Shown here: positions 25,621 through 35,870 of the stretch, one piece after another | How positions within the stretch are numbered: position 1 is the stretch's first letter | How the letters are laid out: every line of letters begins with the position of its first letter | DNA from: a virus | Lineage: Duplodnaviria; Caudoviricetes | Virus record (IMG/VR): IMGVR_UViG_3300032232_001415 | Span: 1-64,000 of that record | Strand: one strand, 5' to 3' | Length of the DNA: 64,000 nt | The notes under the pieces: model-generated | The model's database searches: none | Seen by the model: the letters and a program-made list of their open reading frames with translations, nothing else | What the model was told of the DNA's origin: nothing | Translations under genes and position numbers: made by a program

Positions 25621-27234
25621 ATGTTAAGTCCAAAGGAACTATATTACTGGTATACTACTGAACCATGTGAGGATGGTGGTAGAGTTTTTGGACAAAACGA
25701 AGGATATATTGGTAAAGGAACTCCGTATGATTTACCAAGATTATCTAATTTTCTAAAGCAAGTCAAGTATCCTTGTTATCAAAAGGCCCCTTATTCTGCT
25801 GTAACACCCTTTAGTGATCCATCTGGAATTTTGGATACTGGAAAAGATCAATTAGCACTACCATATAAATTTCTAACAAGACTAGATTTAGAAGCATTTA
25901 AAGAAATACAGCCAACAATCAATAGTGGAACATCACACGCTATAAGAAATGCTTGTGATGTAATGAGAGCTTGCAGTCTTGAATTAACAAAAGGATATGA
26001 TCTTTGGGAGAATAGAACAGCAACAGAATATATGCAATATTTTGCATCTTATAATGATGCTGGAATAATGTCTCATGATGGTAATCATATTGTAAAATGT
26101 CTTATGGCTTTAGGTCCAGACCTTGTTCCCTCTGGAATTGCTTTAAAAAGAGGAACAGGTTGTGGAGATATGAACTGCCTACCATCATCGAACAAATTTG
26201 GATCTTCGGCACTAGGAGCTTCTTTTGGTTGTCAAGAAAAAGAAACTGGAAGCGGTAAAGAATGTACATCTTGTGAAAAATGCGAAAAAGATCCAAAAAC
26301 TGGAAAAGCAATATCTGGATCTGATGAATGCTGCGAAGCCGCTAGTTGTGAAGACAAGGTAAATTTTTGTTGTGGGGATATTACTGGGGATAGAAGCGTA
26401 TGGCTTTTCAAAGAAAGCTCATCTGATGTTTCAGATAATAGTCCTCCAATATCTTATCCAATAAAACATATAGGAATTTTAAAAAGAAAATCATATGGTG
26501 GTTATGTCAATTTAATTAATAATAGTGGTCCAAATATGTATGCGTGTCCAGGAGAATTATTATTAAAATATTTTCAACAAAGAAACAATTATAATTATGA
26601 AACAAATTCATACTCTAAAACACCAGATACCACAACTAATATTATTGATAGAGTTAGAACTATTTCTATGGTAATTGATCCAACATTAAATTCTATTAAA
26701 GATTTAATATACAATGGATATGGTGTTGTTTTAATGACTAACGTTGGATTTCCAAACTCTAGAGATTCTACGGGATTATCTTATCCTGATAGAATTTGGT
26801 ATCATACATATCCTATTATTGCTTATGATGACAGAAAAATAGACTATAATGAATGTGTATTTTTATTAGCTAATAGTTGGGGAAAATGGAATGATGGAGG
26901 ACATCCTAAGTGGGGTCCAATACCAGAAGGAAGTTTTCTAGTAACAGAAACTCATTTAAGATGCATGACAAATTTATTTAGAACCGATAAAAGAGGTTGC
27001 AGAAAAAAAACATCCATAATTCCCGATCCGTTGAATCCTGATGATCCAGCGTGTGACGAGGATACCCCATGTTCTCCTTATGAATGTGGTAAAAATCAAA
27101 AAGCAATGGGTATGGTTTTTGCACTATCACTAAATGATGGATTTCCAAGACAAATATTAGATTATTCTCAATTCTACAAAGAAAAAGAAAATCAAACAGA
27201 AACTAATTTTATTGCATACCTAGATAACAGCTAA
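25621..27234 (+). CDS. C1 peptidase paralogue lacking the catalytic Cys, with Cys-rich inserts
   Basis: QPTINSGTSHAIRNACDV versus QTTGDCVSHGTRNACDV; shared NSWGKWNDGGHP.WGPIP.GSFL. Confidence 0.8.
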   Translation: MLSPKELYYWYTTEPCEDGGRVFGQNEGYIGKGTPYDLPRLSNFLKQVKYPCYQKAPYSAVTPFSDPSGILDTGKDQLALPYKFLTRLDLEAFKEIQPTINSGTSHAIRNACDVMRACSLELTKGYDLWENRTATEYMQYFASYNDAGIMSHDGNHIVKCLMALGPDLVPSGIALKRGTGCGDMNCLPSSNKFGSSALGASFGCQEKETGSGKECTSCEKCEKDPKTGKAISGSDECCEAASCEDKVNFCCGDITGDRSVWLFKESSSDVSDNSPPISYPIKHIGILKRKSYGGYVNLINNSGPNMYACPGELLLKYFQQRNNYNYETNSYSKTPDTTTNIIDRVRTISMVIDPTLNSIKDLIYNGYGVVLMTNVGFPNSRDSTGLSYPDRIWYHTYPIIAYDDRKIDYNECVFLLANSWGKWNDGGHPKWGPIPEGSFLVTETHLRCMTNLFRTDKRGCRKKTSIIPDPLNPDDPACDEDTPCSPYECGKNQKAMGMVFALSLNDGFPRQILDYSQFYKEKENQTETNFIAYLDNS

Positions 27235-27252
27235 TATTATAAGAGATTTTAT

Positions 27253-30216
27253 ATGGAAATAGATCCTGGTGGCAATTGGTGCAAATTACCATTTTGGTAT
27301 GAAGATGAATCATTAAAAAATTCTAGAATAAAACTACCAACAACACGCTCAGATCTTATTGTAACAAGGCCGCCAGATGTTCTTATTGATTCAGCGGTCT
27401 GGTCTGGAATTAAAGGATGTATTAGACCACCACCTAATGCCCCTAATTTATTGGGAATAGGATCTTTGACCGTAAGAAGAAGTTTAACTATACAAAATAG
27501 TACAGATGATCAACCTTTTGAAAAAGTGCAGTTTGGAGGAATAACTGTTCCCCAACTTTACCTTAGAGAATGTAATTTAGAACCTCAGGATCAAAAAATT
27601 GCTCCAACTATGGATGTTAACTGTAATTTAATTTTTAGGGCAGAAAATTCAAAAATTGGATTCTCCACAAATGGATATAGACCAATTGATATTAATGTTA
27701 ATAACAGTGGATTTTTTGCTTCAGATACAAAAATAATGAGTTCTTGTTCAATAACATCCCCATCATCAGAATTAGAGTCCAATACAGAAAATTATGGGGA
27801 TATATATGGATCATGCTATTTAAGAAATTCAAAAAATTTTGGAAAATTATATGACGAAAGCATATTTGAAATATCATCTAATGAATCATCTGGCATTTGC
27901 TATAATAAAACTCAATTTTTAACTTTCTCAACAAACAAGGGACAGTTATTTGGAGAAGCTTTATTTAGTGGCACAAGCATAAACGAAAATAGTGCTAAAA
28001 TATTTTCTAATTCTAAATTTATGAATTCTAGTATTAATAATAGTATTTTAGTTGGAGACGCTTTATTTTTAAACAACTCAATAAATAATGGAACAATTTC
28101 TGGATCGTCTACTTTTATCTCTGGATGTGAAAATAATGGATCAATTTTTGGAGCATCTATTTTTACACACGGATCGGATAATAATGGAAAAATAAGTGGA
28201 TCTATTATTATGTCTGAAGGCATTAATGATGGTCGTATAATTGGATTTGGAAATTTTACTAATTCTACTAATACAGCATATATATCAGGAAATACATTAT
28301 TTTTTGGATCATCTAATGAAGGAAAAATTATTGGCAACTCAATTTTTACTCTGGATGAAGAAAATAATCCTAGTTATAATAATAATGATGGTACGATTTT
28401 TGGAAACTGTATTTTTGATAGTGGATGTTCGAACAGCGGACCCTTGTATTATGGAACGTTTGAATTTAATGACGCAACAAATTTAGGTTATTTAATTGGA
28501 AAAAGTATTTTTAATGGTTTATCAAACAATCTTGGTAATTTAACTATTGATGCATTATTTAATGATAATTCTATAAATAATTATGGCATAGGAATATTAT
28601 GCAATCAATTAATTTTTAATAAAAAATCTATAAATAATGGTGATATCAATATTTTAAGTGGCATAGTATTTTTTAATGATAAATCTCAAAATAATGGATA
28701 CTTATATTCTGGCATATTTAATGGATCGTCTATGAATATGGGTGAGGCAGATCTTGTTGAATTCAAAACGACTTCAATAAACAAGGGATCTGTTGGTTCT
28801 GGATCTTTTTATGATAATACAGTTCAGGGTGGAGATGCAAATATTGCTACTTTATTAGATAGCTCTATAAATTCAGGAAATATAATATATGCATATTTAT
28901 TTAGTAGTTCAAAAAATAAAAGTAATATTATAAATGCAGAATTTAATGGTTCTAGTATAAATCATTTTTTTGGAACAGTTGATATTGGACTTTTTAACGA
29001 ATCATCAGTAAACGAAGGTACTGTTCACAATGGAACATTTATGGCCTCGTCACTTAATAAATACCACTGTGATACTCAAGCAATATTTGAAGGAGGATCA
29101 ATAAATGATAAGTCTGGAATATGTAACAAAGCTATTTTCCAACAATCTTCTATTAATAAAGGAATGATTTCTACTAGTGGAACTTTTACTGATAATAGCA
29201 TTAATCATAAAGATGGAATAGTGCAGAAAGCTGTATTCTATAAGTGGGCTATTAATCGTGGACAAATACTTTCATCACAGCCGGAATTTCATGACTATAG
29301 CATGAATAATTATACTGGTATGTTATATAGTCCAAAATTTTATGATAGCGGAATTAATAATGGACCGGTTACATCTCCAATTTTTTACGATAAATCAGTA
29401 AATAACTATTTGATAGGAGATGGTAATTCTAGGTTTTTAGATGGTTCAATAAATAATGGAACTATTGTTTCTGTTGGTAATACTATTTTTTCAGGATCTT
29501 TACTCTTTAATGACTATGGAGAACCAGATTTAAATTTTAAACCTATAAATAATGGTAATATAGCATATCTTACCAACTTTAGTTGTGCCATAAATAATGG
29601 AAATTTGGGGAGTGGTTCTGCGCATATCTTCACACAATCATCTTATAATTATGGACAAATATATAATGCTACTTTTAATAATAGTTATAACTATGGAACA
29701 ATATTAGATAATTGCTCATTCAATAATAAATCAATAAATTATTCTAATGTTAAATCAGCTTTATTTGATGATTCAATAAACTATGGAACTATAGAAGGAA
29801 CTTTTTTTGATAATAATTCAATAAATTATGGTAATATAAACTATGCAGATTTTTATTATTCTATAAATTATGGAAGAATAAATAACATAGGATCTTTTAG
29901 TAGTGATAGTCAGAATAGTGGCACTGTTCTTAGTTCTGGTGTTTTTACTATGAATGCAATAAACTCATCAATAGTAAATGGAGGATGTCTTTTTACTCAT
30001 ACTTCAGAAAATAAATCTAGTGGCATAGTAAATGGAAATACTCAATTTTATGAGGATTCTAAAAATTATGGACAGATAAATGGAAATGCTCTATTTTTTG
30101 GCAATAGTATTAATTATGGAATAATTAATGGTAATGCAATTTTTTATGATAACGCTATGAACACAGGTACTGTTTTAGGACAATGTAGTGGAGTAGGGTG
30201 TCCGCTCATCATATAA
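27253..30216 (+). CDS. Asn/Gly/Ser/Phe repeat beta-solenoid protein
   Basis: Dozens of ~14-17-aa repeats of the form S-x-N-x-G-x-I-x-G-x-x-x-F. Confidence 0.75.
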   Translation: MEIDPGGNWCKLPFWYEDESLKNSRIKLPTTRSDLIVTRPPDVLIDSAVWSGIKGCIRPPPNAPNLLGIGSLTVRRSLTIQNSTDDQPFEKVQFGGITVPQLYLRECNLEPQDQKIAPTMDVNCNLIFRAENSKIGFSTNGYRPIDINVNNSGFFASDTKIMSSCSITSPSSELESNTENYGDIYGSCYLRNSKNFGKLYDESIFEISSNESSGICYNKTQFLTFSTNKGQLFGEALFSGTSINENSAKIFSNSKFMNSSINNSILVGDALFLNNSINNGTISGSSTFISGCENNGSIFGASIFTHGSDNNGKISGSIIMSEGINDGRIIGFGNFTNSTNTAYISGNTLFFGSSNEGKIIGNSIFTLDEENNPSYNNNDGTIFGNCIFDSGCSNSGPLYYGTFEFNDATNLGYLIGKSIFNGLSNNLGNLTIDALFNDNSINNYGIGILCNQLIFNKKSINNGDINILSGIVFFNDKSQNNGYLYSGIFNGSSMNMGEADLVEFKTTSINKGSVGSGSFYDNTVQGGDANIATLLDSSINSGNIIYAYLFSSSKNKSNIINAEFNGSSINHFFGTVDIGLFNESSVNEGTVHNGTFMASSLNKYHCDTQAIFEGGSINDKSGICNKAIFQQSSINKGMISTSGTFTDNSINHKDGIVQKAVFYKWAINRGQILSSQPEFHDYSMNNYTGMLYSPKFYDSGINNGPVTSPIFYDKSVNNYLIGDGNSRFLDGSINNGTIVSVGNTIFSGSLLFNDYGEPDLNFKPINNGNIAYLTNFSCAINNGNLGSGSAHIFTQSSYNYGQIYNATFNNSYNYGTILDNCSFNNKSINYSNVKSALFDDSINYGTIEGTFFDNNSINYGNINYADFYYSINYGRINNIGSFSSDSQNSGTVLSSGVFTMNAINSSIVNGGCLFTHTSENKSSGIVNGNTQFYEDSKNYGQINGNALFFGNSINYGIINGNAIFYDNAMNTGTVLGQCSGVGCPLII

Positions 30217-30227
30217 GAATAAGGACA

Positions 30228-30256
30228 TTGCCAACCAAGCCCTATGTCTTTATTAT
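30228..30256 (+). promoter_or_regulatory. Sigma70-type promoter for the glycan island
   Basis: TTGCCA-N17-TATTAT. Confidence 0.55.
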
Positions 30257-30274
30257 ATCACAAAGGGAAAATCA

Positions 30275-30913
30275 ATGATATCATATGCCATAACCGTTTG
30301 CGACGAATATCCACATATAAAAAATCTTATTGAACATCTAGTGTTGTATACAGACTTAACAAAAGATGAAATAGTTGTTCTTTGTGATTCATCAAAAAAA
30401 AGCTATCAAGTACAAGACTTTTGTGAGAATTATAAAAATAAAGGATACATAAAATTTTATCAAGCAGAATTTAATAATGATTTTGCAGAATGGAAGAATC
30501 AGTTCAAATCTCTTTGTTCTCAAGAATATATATTTCAAATAGACGCTGATGAAATCCCAAATCCCTATTTATTACAAAACCTACATGAGTTTTTATCAAT
30601 GAATAGTGATATAGAGTTGTTCTGGGTTCCAAGAGAAAACTATGTATTTGGATACGAACAAAAACACATTGATCTTTGGAACTGGAAAATAGATGAAAAA
30701 AATAGAATTAATTTTCCTGATTATCAACCAAGACTATTTAAAAATTTACCAAATATTAAATGGATGAATAAAGTTCACGAGACTATTACTGGAACGGATA
30801 AGTATGCGCCATTACCAGAAATTGAAGAATTTTGTTTAATGCATAAAAAGACTATTGTAAAACAAGAATCTCAAAATGAATTTTATGATAAACTAATAAA
30901 GAAACTAATATGA
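30275..30913 (+). CDS. GT2 glycosyltransferase
   Basis: ISYAITV, FQIDADE, FPDYQPRLF, VHE. Confidence 0.85.
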   Translation: MISYAITVCDEYPHIKNLIEHLVLYTDLTKDEIVVLCDSSKKSYQVQDFCENYKNKGYIKFYQAEFNNDFAEWKNQFKSLCSQEYIFQIDADEIPNPYLLQNLHEFLSMNSDIELFWVPRENYVFGYEQKHIDLWNWKIDEKNRINFPDYQPRLFKNLPNIKWMNKVHETITGTDKYAPLPEIEEFCLMHKKTIVKQESQNEFYDKLIKKLI

Positions 30914-32058
30914 ATAAAAAAATATGGTATGCTCCTAATAAATTCGAGTCATACGGCGAAGAAGAAATATCCGCTGTTAATTCATGCTTAAGAGATGGGT
31001 GGCTAGCAGGATTCGGGCCAAAATCAATAGAATTTGAAAATAAAATATCTCATATATTTGGTAAAAAATATGGTGTGTTAGTTAATTCTGGATCATCAGC
31101 ATGTTTATTAGCACTAGCTAGTCTACAACTTCCAAAAGGAACAAAAGTAATAACCCCGGCTTGTACATTCTCAACAACCGTTGCCCCAATTATTCAATTA
31201 GGACTAGAACCAATATTTTGTGACGTTGAATTAGACACTTATGTACCATCTATTAAATCTATATTAGATATAATTACAAGCGATGTAAAAGTCATTATGC
31301 TTCCTAATCTTATAGGAAACAAACCAAATTGGCAACTATTAAAAGCTGAATTAATTAAAATTAATAGAAGCGATATAATAACTATAGAAGATTCAGCAGA
31401 CACTATTACATATACTGAAGAATCAGATATAAGTACAACTAGTTTTTATGCTAGTCATATTATAACCGCTGCTGGTTCTGGTGGTATGGTTATGTTTAAT
31501 GATGAAAAACTTAGAGATATTTGCTTACAATTTAGAGACTGGGGAAGAATAGGGGATAATTCAGAAGAGATGTCAGATAGATTTAACCATATGGTTGATG
31601 GAATACCATATGACTACAAATTTTTATATGGTGTTCTTGGCTATAACTTTAAGAGCTCAGAAATAAACGCAGCCTTCGGTCTTGTTCAATTAAAAAGATT
31701 TGATGATTTTCAAAAAATCAGAAGAAATAATATTGAAAGATATATAAATAATTTACAAGAAATCAAAGAAATAACACTACCTGATGATTCTTTAAAACCA
31801 AATTGGCTGGCGATACCTTTACAATACGAAAATAGATATGATCTTTTACATTACTTAGAAAACAATAATATTCAAACTAGAGTAACTTTTGCTGGAAATA
31901 TCACAAGGCATCCAGCGTACAGAGAGTATTTACAAGCTTTTACCAATGCTGATACAATAATGAAGAATGGATTTTTACTTGGCGCTCATCACGGAATGTT
32001 ATCTGATGACGTTGACTATGTTTGCTCTACTATCAAGCAATATTTTTTAAATAAGTAA
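30910..32058 (+). CDS. DegT/RfbH/ColD-family PLP enzyme, His-type (probable NDP-4-keto-6-deoxyhexose 3-dehydratase)
   Basis: LVNSGSSA and PNLIGN; SFYASHIIT has His in place of the Schiff-base Lys. Confidence 0.8.
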   Translation: MNKKIWYAPNKFESYGEEEISAVNSCLRDGWLAGFGPKSIEFENKISHIFGKKYGVLVNSGSSACLLALASLQLPKGTKVITPACTFSTTVAPIIQLGLEPIFCDVELDTYVPSIKSILDIITSDVKVIMLPNLIGNKPNWQLLKAELIKINRSDIITIEDSADTITYTEESDISTTSFYASHIITAAGSGGMVMFNDEKLRDICLQFRDWGRIGDNSEEMSDRFNHMVDGIPYDYKFLYGVLGYNFKSSEINAAFGLVQLKRFDDFQKIRRNNIERYINNLQEIKEITLPDDSLKPNWLAIPLQYENRYDLLHYLENNNIQTRVTFAGNITRHPAYREYLQAFTNADTIMKNGFLLGAHHGMLSDDVDYVCSTIKQYFLNK

Positions 32059-32064
32059 CTGACA

Positions 32065-32949
32065 ATGAAAAAAAATAAACCATTCGTTATAAGTACAGGA
32101 TCATTCGATTTAGGCATTGGTGGAATCAAAGTACTACATAAACTTTGTGATTTATTAAATAGGTCTAATATTGAAGCATATATTATTGGAGCAGAAGACT
32201 CTGGTAAAAAAACATCAGATCATACTAATTTTTTTATATATGATCAATATAAAACACCTCTAGCACCACAAGAACTTTTAAATCATAAAAATGATTTTAT
32301 AGCCATATATCCAGAAAGCTGGTATGGTAATCATCTAGGATGTAATAATGTTGTTAGATGGATTTTAGGTCCAACAAGCGAGGATCATATAAAAACTTGG
32401 TCAAATAAAGATCTTTGGTTTTGGTATATACCAATGTTTCAAAACAAAGAATATAATAAACAATTACAAAATATTGAAAATCAATTATATGTTGGAGAAT
32501 TTCATAGAGACGTATTTAAAAATAATCATTTAGATAGATTCACTACATGCTGGGCGCTCAGAAAAGCAGAAACAGAAAAAGACAAGGTGAGATTAATACA
32601 TCCTTCTGATGGTCAATTTATACCATATCAAGCTGCCGGTCAAATATTAAAATTATCAAAATTGTTCAACGCTAGTACTCATTTTTATTGTTATGATACT
32701 TATACTTTTTTGCCAATACAGGCTTTAATGTGTGGTTGTTTATCTATAGTTATTCCTAAAAATAATATATCATATGACGATTTTATGAATGGTTTTAAAT
32801 TATGTAAATATATAGCATATGGGGAAGAAGATCTGCCAAGAGCCATAACTATCCAGAATGAGCTATATCAAGATATAGATGCCATAGAAAATGAAACTAA
32901 ACAACAAATCCAAAATTTTGTGGAAAAATGTTATGATTACTTCCGATGA
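32065..32949 (+). CDS. Glycosyltransferase-like (WavQ-like) protein
   Basis: GGIKVLHKLCDLLN, IYPE, NVVRWIL, YDTYTF...ALMCGC. Confidence 0.6.
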   Translation: MKKNKPFVISTGSFDLGIGGIKVLHKLCDLLNRSNIEAYIIGAEDSGKKTSDHTNFFIYDQYKTPLAPQELLNHKNDFIAIYPESWYGNHLGCNNVVRWILGPTSEDHIKTWSNKDLWFWYIPMFQNKEYNKQLQNIENQLYVGEFHRDVFKNNHLDRFTTCWALRKAETEKDKVRLIHPSDGQFIPYQAAGQILKLSKLFNASTHFYCYDTYTFLPIQALMCGCLSIVIPKNNISYDDFMNGFKLCKYIAYGEEDLPRAITIQNELYQDIDAIENETKQQIQNFVEKCYDYFR

Positions 32950-34009
32950 TTTTAGCTTTTTAATAGTCACGCCAGCTAAAGACCCACTAAGACTTATAGC
33001 GGTTATTAAACAAATAAGAAATTATTATCCAAATAATGAAATAGTTATTGTGTATGATAATATTAAATTTCAATTAAAAAAATACATACAAACTCATAAT
33101 ATAAAAGAAATCTATCCAAACAAAAGAGTTTATATCGGTGGCGGATATAATTTAGCATTAAAAAATGCTTCAAATAAATGTTTTGCATTTCTTCATGATG
33201 ATACTTATATATATGAAAATTTTATAGAAAATCTTCTTGAATATATTGATGAAACAACATTTGCTAATTTCTCTTTAATAGAACCAAATTTATATAATAA
33301 TAGACAAGACTCAATTCTTAATCCTATAAGAAATTTTGGACGAGATAGTATAAGTTTTGATTATACATCATTTGAAAAATTTTGTAAACACCACATACAA
33401 TCCATACCACCAGATAAAATAACTGCACCTTCTATATTTGGTGGATTTTTTATGTGCGGATTTATTAAGCCAATACTTGATATAGGCGGTTTTGATGAAT
33501 ATATAACGCCATATTTTAGCGAAGATGCTGATTTAATACTGCGTATGATTCTTAAAGGATATAAATTTATTCATATTACAACCAGTCTAGTATATCATAT
33601 GGGTAGTTTAACATCAAGATCGGATAAAGAAGAATACGTATTGTCCGAAACAACAACAAAAAATAAATTTCTCAAAAAATGGCGAGTACCATTTGAGCTG
33701 ATAAAAGAAAATACTATTAAAAATCAAATACCATTAATTAAATTTAATGTAAAAATTGATACAACGAATATTAAAGATTATTATATAATTAATTATATTA
33801 ATAATATATCAGATAATATGAATTATACTGTTGATCACAGCACAGTAACTATAGAATCAGATCTGGATGAAAATGATATGGCAAATTTAAATGTTTTACC
33901 ATATATAGCAACACTGAATAAAGATAAACCAATAGTTACAATAGGAAATCTAACAATAAATATTAATCCAAAATCTTTTTCTCCATATCAAATAATGGCA
34001 AATATATGA
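32891..34009 (+). CDS. GT2 glycosyltransferase
   Basis: FLHDD, GGFDE, EDAD, VYHMGSLTSR. True start is probably near 32933. Confidence 0.8.
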   Translation: MKLNNKSKILWKNVMITSDDFSFLIVTPAKDPLRLIAVIKQIRNYYPNNEIVIVYDNIKFQLKKYIQTHNIKEIYPNKRVYIGGGYNLALKNASNKCFAFLHDDTYIYENFIENLLEYIDETTFANFSLIEPNLYNNRQDSILNPIRNFGRDSISFDYTSFEKFCKHHIQSIPPDKITAPSIFGGFFMCGFIKPILDIGGFDEYITPYFSEDADLILRMILKGYKFIHITTSLVYHMGSLTSRSDKEEYVLSETTTKNKFLKKWRVPFELIKENTIKNQIPLIKFNVKIDTTNIKDYYIINYINNISDNMNYTVDHSTVTIESDLDENDMANLNVLPYIATLNKDKPIVTIGNLTININPKSFSPYQIMANI

Positions 34010-34953
34010 AAACATTATATATAACAGGATGCTTAGGCTTTATAGGCTCTTATGTTACAATCGAATGCCTAAATAGAGGCTGGTTTGTAAAAGGTGTTGA
34101 TAAAATAACATACGCTGCCAATAAAACTTTGTTAGATAAATTTAAAAAATACACTAATTTTTCATTTATTCATTGTGATATTAATGATATTAAATTTTTA
34201 TATGACTGTGACTATGTAATAAATACTGCTGCGGAAACACATGTAGGAAATTCTATAGCAAAAAGTGAAGACTTTGTTAGTTCAAATATTAATGGAGTAT
34301 ATAATATATTAGAACTATTAAAAAATTATAGACAAGAAACTACAAATTTTCCTACGCTTATACACTTTAGTACAGATGAAGTTTATGGAGATATATCATC
34401 TGGTCATCATTTAGAGTCAGACATACTAAAACCTAGTAATCCATATTCCGCTACAAAAGCTGCCGCAGATATGTTAATATTAGCTTGGGCAAGAACATAT
34501 AAATTACCATATATTATAGTCAGGCCAACTAATAATTATGGAATTGGTCAATATGTAGAAAAATTAATACCAAAAACTTGTAAATATTTGAATTTAAATA
34601 GGAGGATACCACTTCATAATAATGGAACACCAATAAGAAATTGGCTCCATGCACAAGATACCGCCAAAGCTATAATGACAATTATTGATAGTAATATTAA
34701 AAATGAAATATATAATGTCTGTGGAGGATTTGAACTATCAAACATAGATGTTGTCAGATCTATCATAGAACTCGTGCATAAAAATAATGACTATCAAAAA
34801 TATATTGATTTTTCTGTAGAAAGACCAGGACAAGATGTTAGATACTCTTTAGACGATTCAAAATTAAGATCATTAGGATGGCAACCAGAAAAGATTTTTG
34901 CAGCAGAACTTCCATCTATAGTATCGTATTACAAGGATAAATTTATATGGTAA
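34006..34953 (+). CDS. rmlB: dTDP-glucose 4,6-dehydratase
   Basis: TGCLGFIG, DKITYA, AAETHV, STDEVYG, YSATK, RPGQDVRYS. Confidence 0.9.
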   Translation: MKTLYITGCLGFIGSYVTIECLNRGWFVKGVDKITYAANKTLLDKFKKYTNFSFIHCDINDIKFLYDCDYVINTAAETHVGNSIAKSEDFVSSNINGVYNILELLKNYRQETTNFPTLIHFSTDEVYGDISSGHHLESDILKPSNPYSATKAAADMLILAWARTYKLPYIIVRPTNNYGIGQYVEKLIPKTCKYLNLNRRIPLHNNGTPIRNWLHAQDTAKAIMTIIDSNIKNEIYNVCGGFELSNIDVVRSIIELVHKNNDYQKYIDFSVERPGQDVRYSLDDSKLRSLGWQPEKIFAAELPSIVSYYKDKFIW

Positions 34954-35561
34954 ATGAAAGAAAATATAGCGTCGATTGGTTCAGTCATAATATACCAATA
35001 TGGAATGAAGTTTTTACTAAAAATAATATTATTGGTAAAGATAATTTAAGATTTTTAGAAATTGGTTGTTTTGAAGGTTTAGCAACTAATTATATGTTAG
35101 ATAATATCTTAACTCATGAAACATCAAAAATTGATATTATTGATACATTTCTTGGCTCAGTTTCAGAAGCTGGGATGTCTGGACATACTCATAATGATAC
35201 AGGATTTAAAGAACTATATAATATTTTTATGTCTAATACTCTAGATCATAAAGCAAAATTAAATGTTCATATCGGACAATCAAATGATATATTAAGAACT
35301 TTTCCTAATACTCCAACGTTCGATTGTATTTATATAGATGGATCCCATAAAGCTTTTAATGTTTTAGAGGATGCCGTTTTATGTAACTCCTTGCTTAAAA
35401 CTAATGGGATTTTAATTTTTGATGACTATGAATGGAAAGATAGCAACAACCCAGAACCATATAATTCACCTAAAATAGCAATAGATTCCTTTATATATAA
35501 CTTTGCTCCATTTTATGGACTTATCAATAAAGGATATCAGATTATAGTTAAAAAATTATGA
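34947..35561 (+). CDS. Class I SAM-dependent methyltransferase
   Basis: LEIGCFEG, IYIDGSH, LIFDDY. Confidence 0.85.
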   Translation: MVNERKYSVDWFSHNIPIWNEVFTKNNIIGKDNLRFLEIGCFEGLATNYMLDNILTHETSKIDIIDTFLGSVSEAGMSGHTHNDTGFKELYNIFMSNTLDHKAKLNVHIGQSNDILRTFPNTPTFDCIYIDGSHKAFNVLEDAVLCNSLLKTNGILIFDDYEWKDSNNPEPYNSPKIAIDSFIYNFAPFYGLINKGYQIIVKKL

Positions 35562-35851
35562 TTATCTATATAGATATAGATGAAACAATATGTAATAGTC
35601 CAGATGCTCCAGATTATACCACTAGTGTTCCGATATGTGAAAATATTAAAAAGGCCAATTTACTATTTGATCTTGGACATACTATAATATACTGGACGGC
35701 TCGTGGCAATAGGACAGGAATGGACTGGAGAGAATTAACAGAAAAACAGTTTAAGCATTGGGATGTCAAGTATCATGATTTAAAATTTGGAAAACCATCG
35801 TACGATCTTTTTATAGATGACAAAAATATGAATACTATAGACTGGAAATAA
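35558..35851 (+). CDS. Small HAD-family phosphatase (capsule-biosynthesis type)
   Basis: DIDETI, WTARG, GKP, FIDDK. Confidence 0.8.
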   Translation: MIIYIDIDETICNSPDAPDYTTSVPICENIKKANLLFDLGHTIIYWTARGNRTGMDWRELTEKQFKHWDVKYHDLKFGKPSYDLFIDDKNMNTIDWK

Positions 35852-35870
35852 AACTAATTATAGGTATACT

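Noticed and set aside
27253-30216. DGR target or DNA tandem repeat
   Set aside because: The repeats are at protein level with diverged DNA. No reverse transcriptase or template/variable repeat pair is visible.
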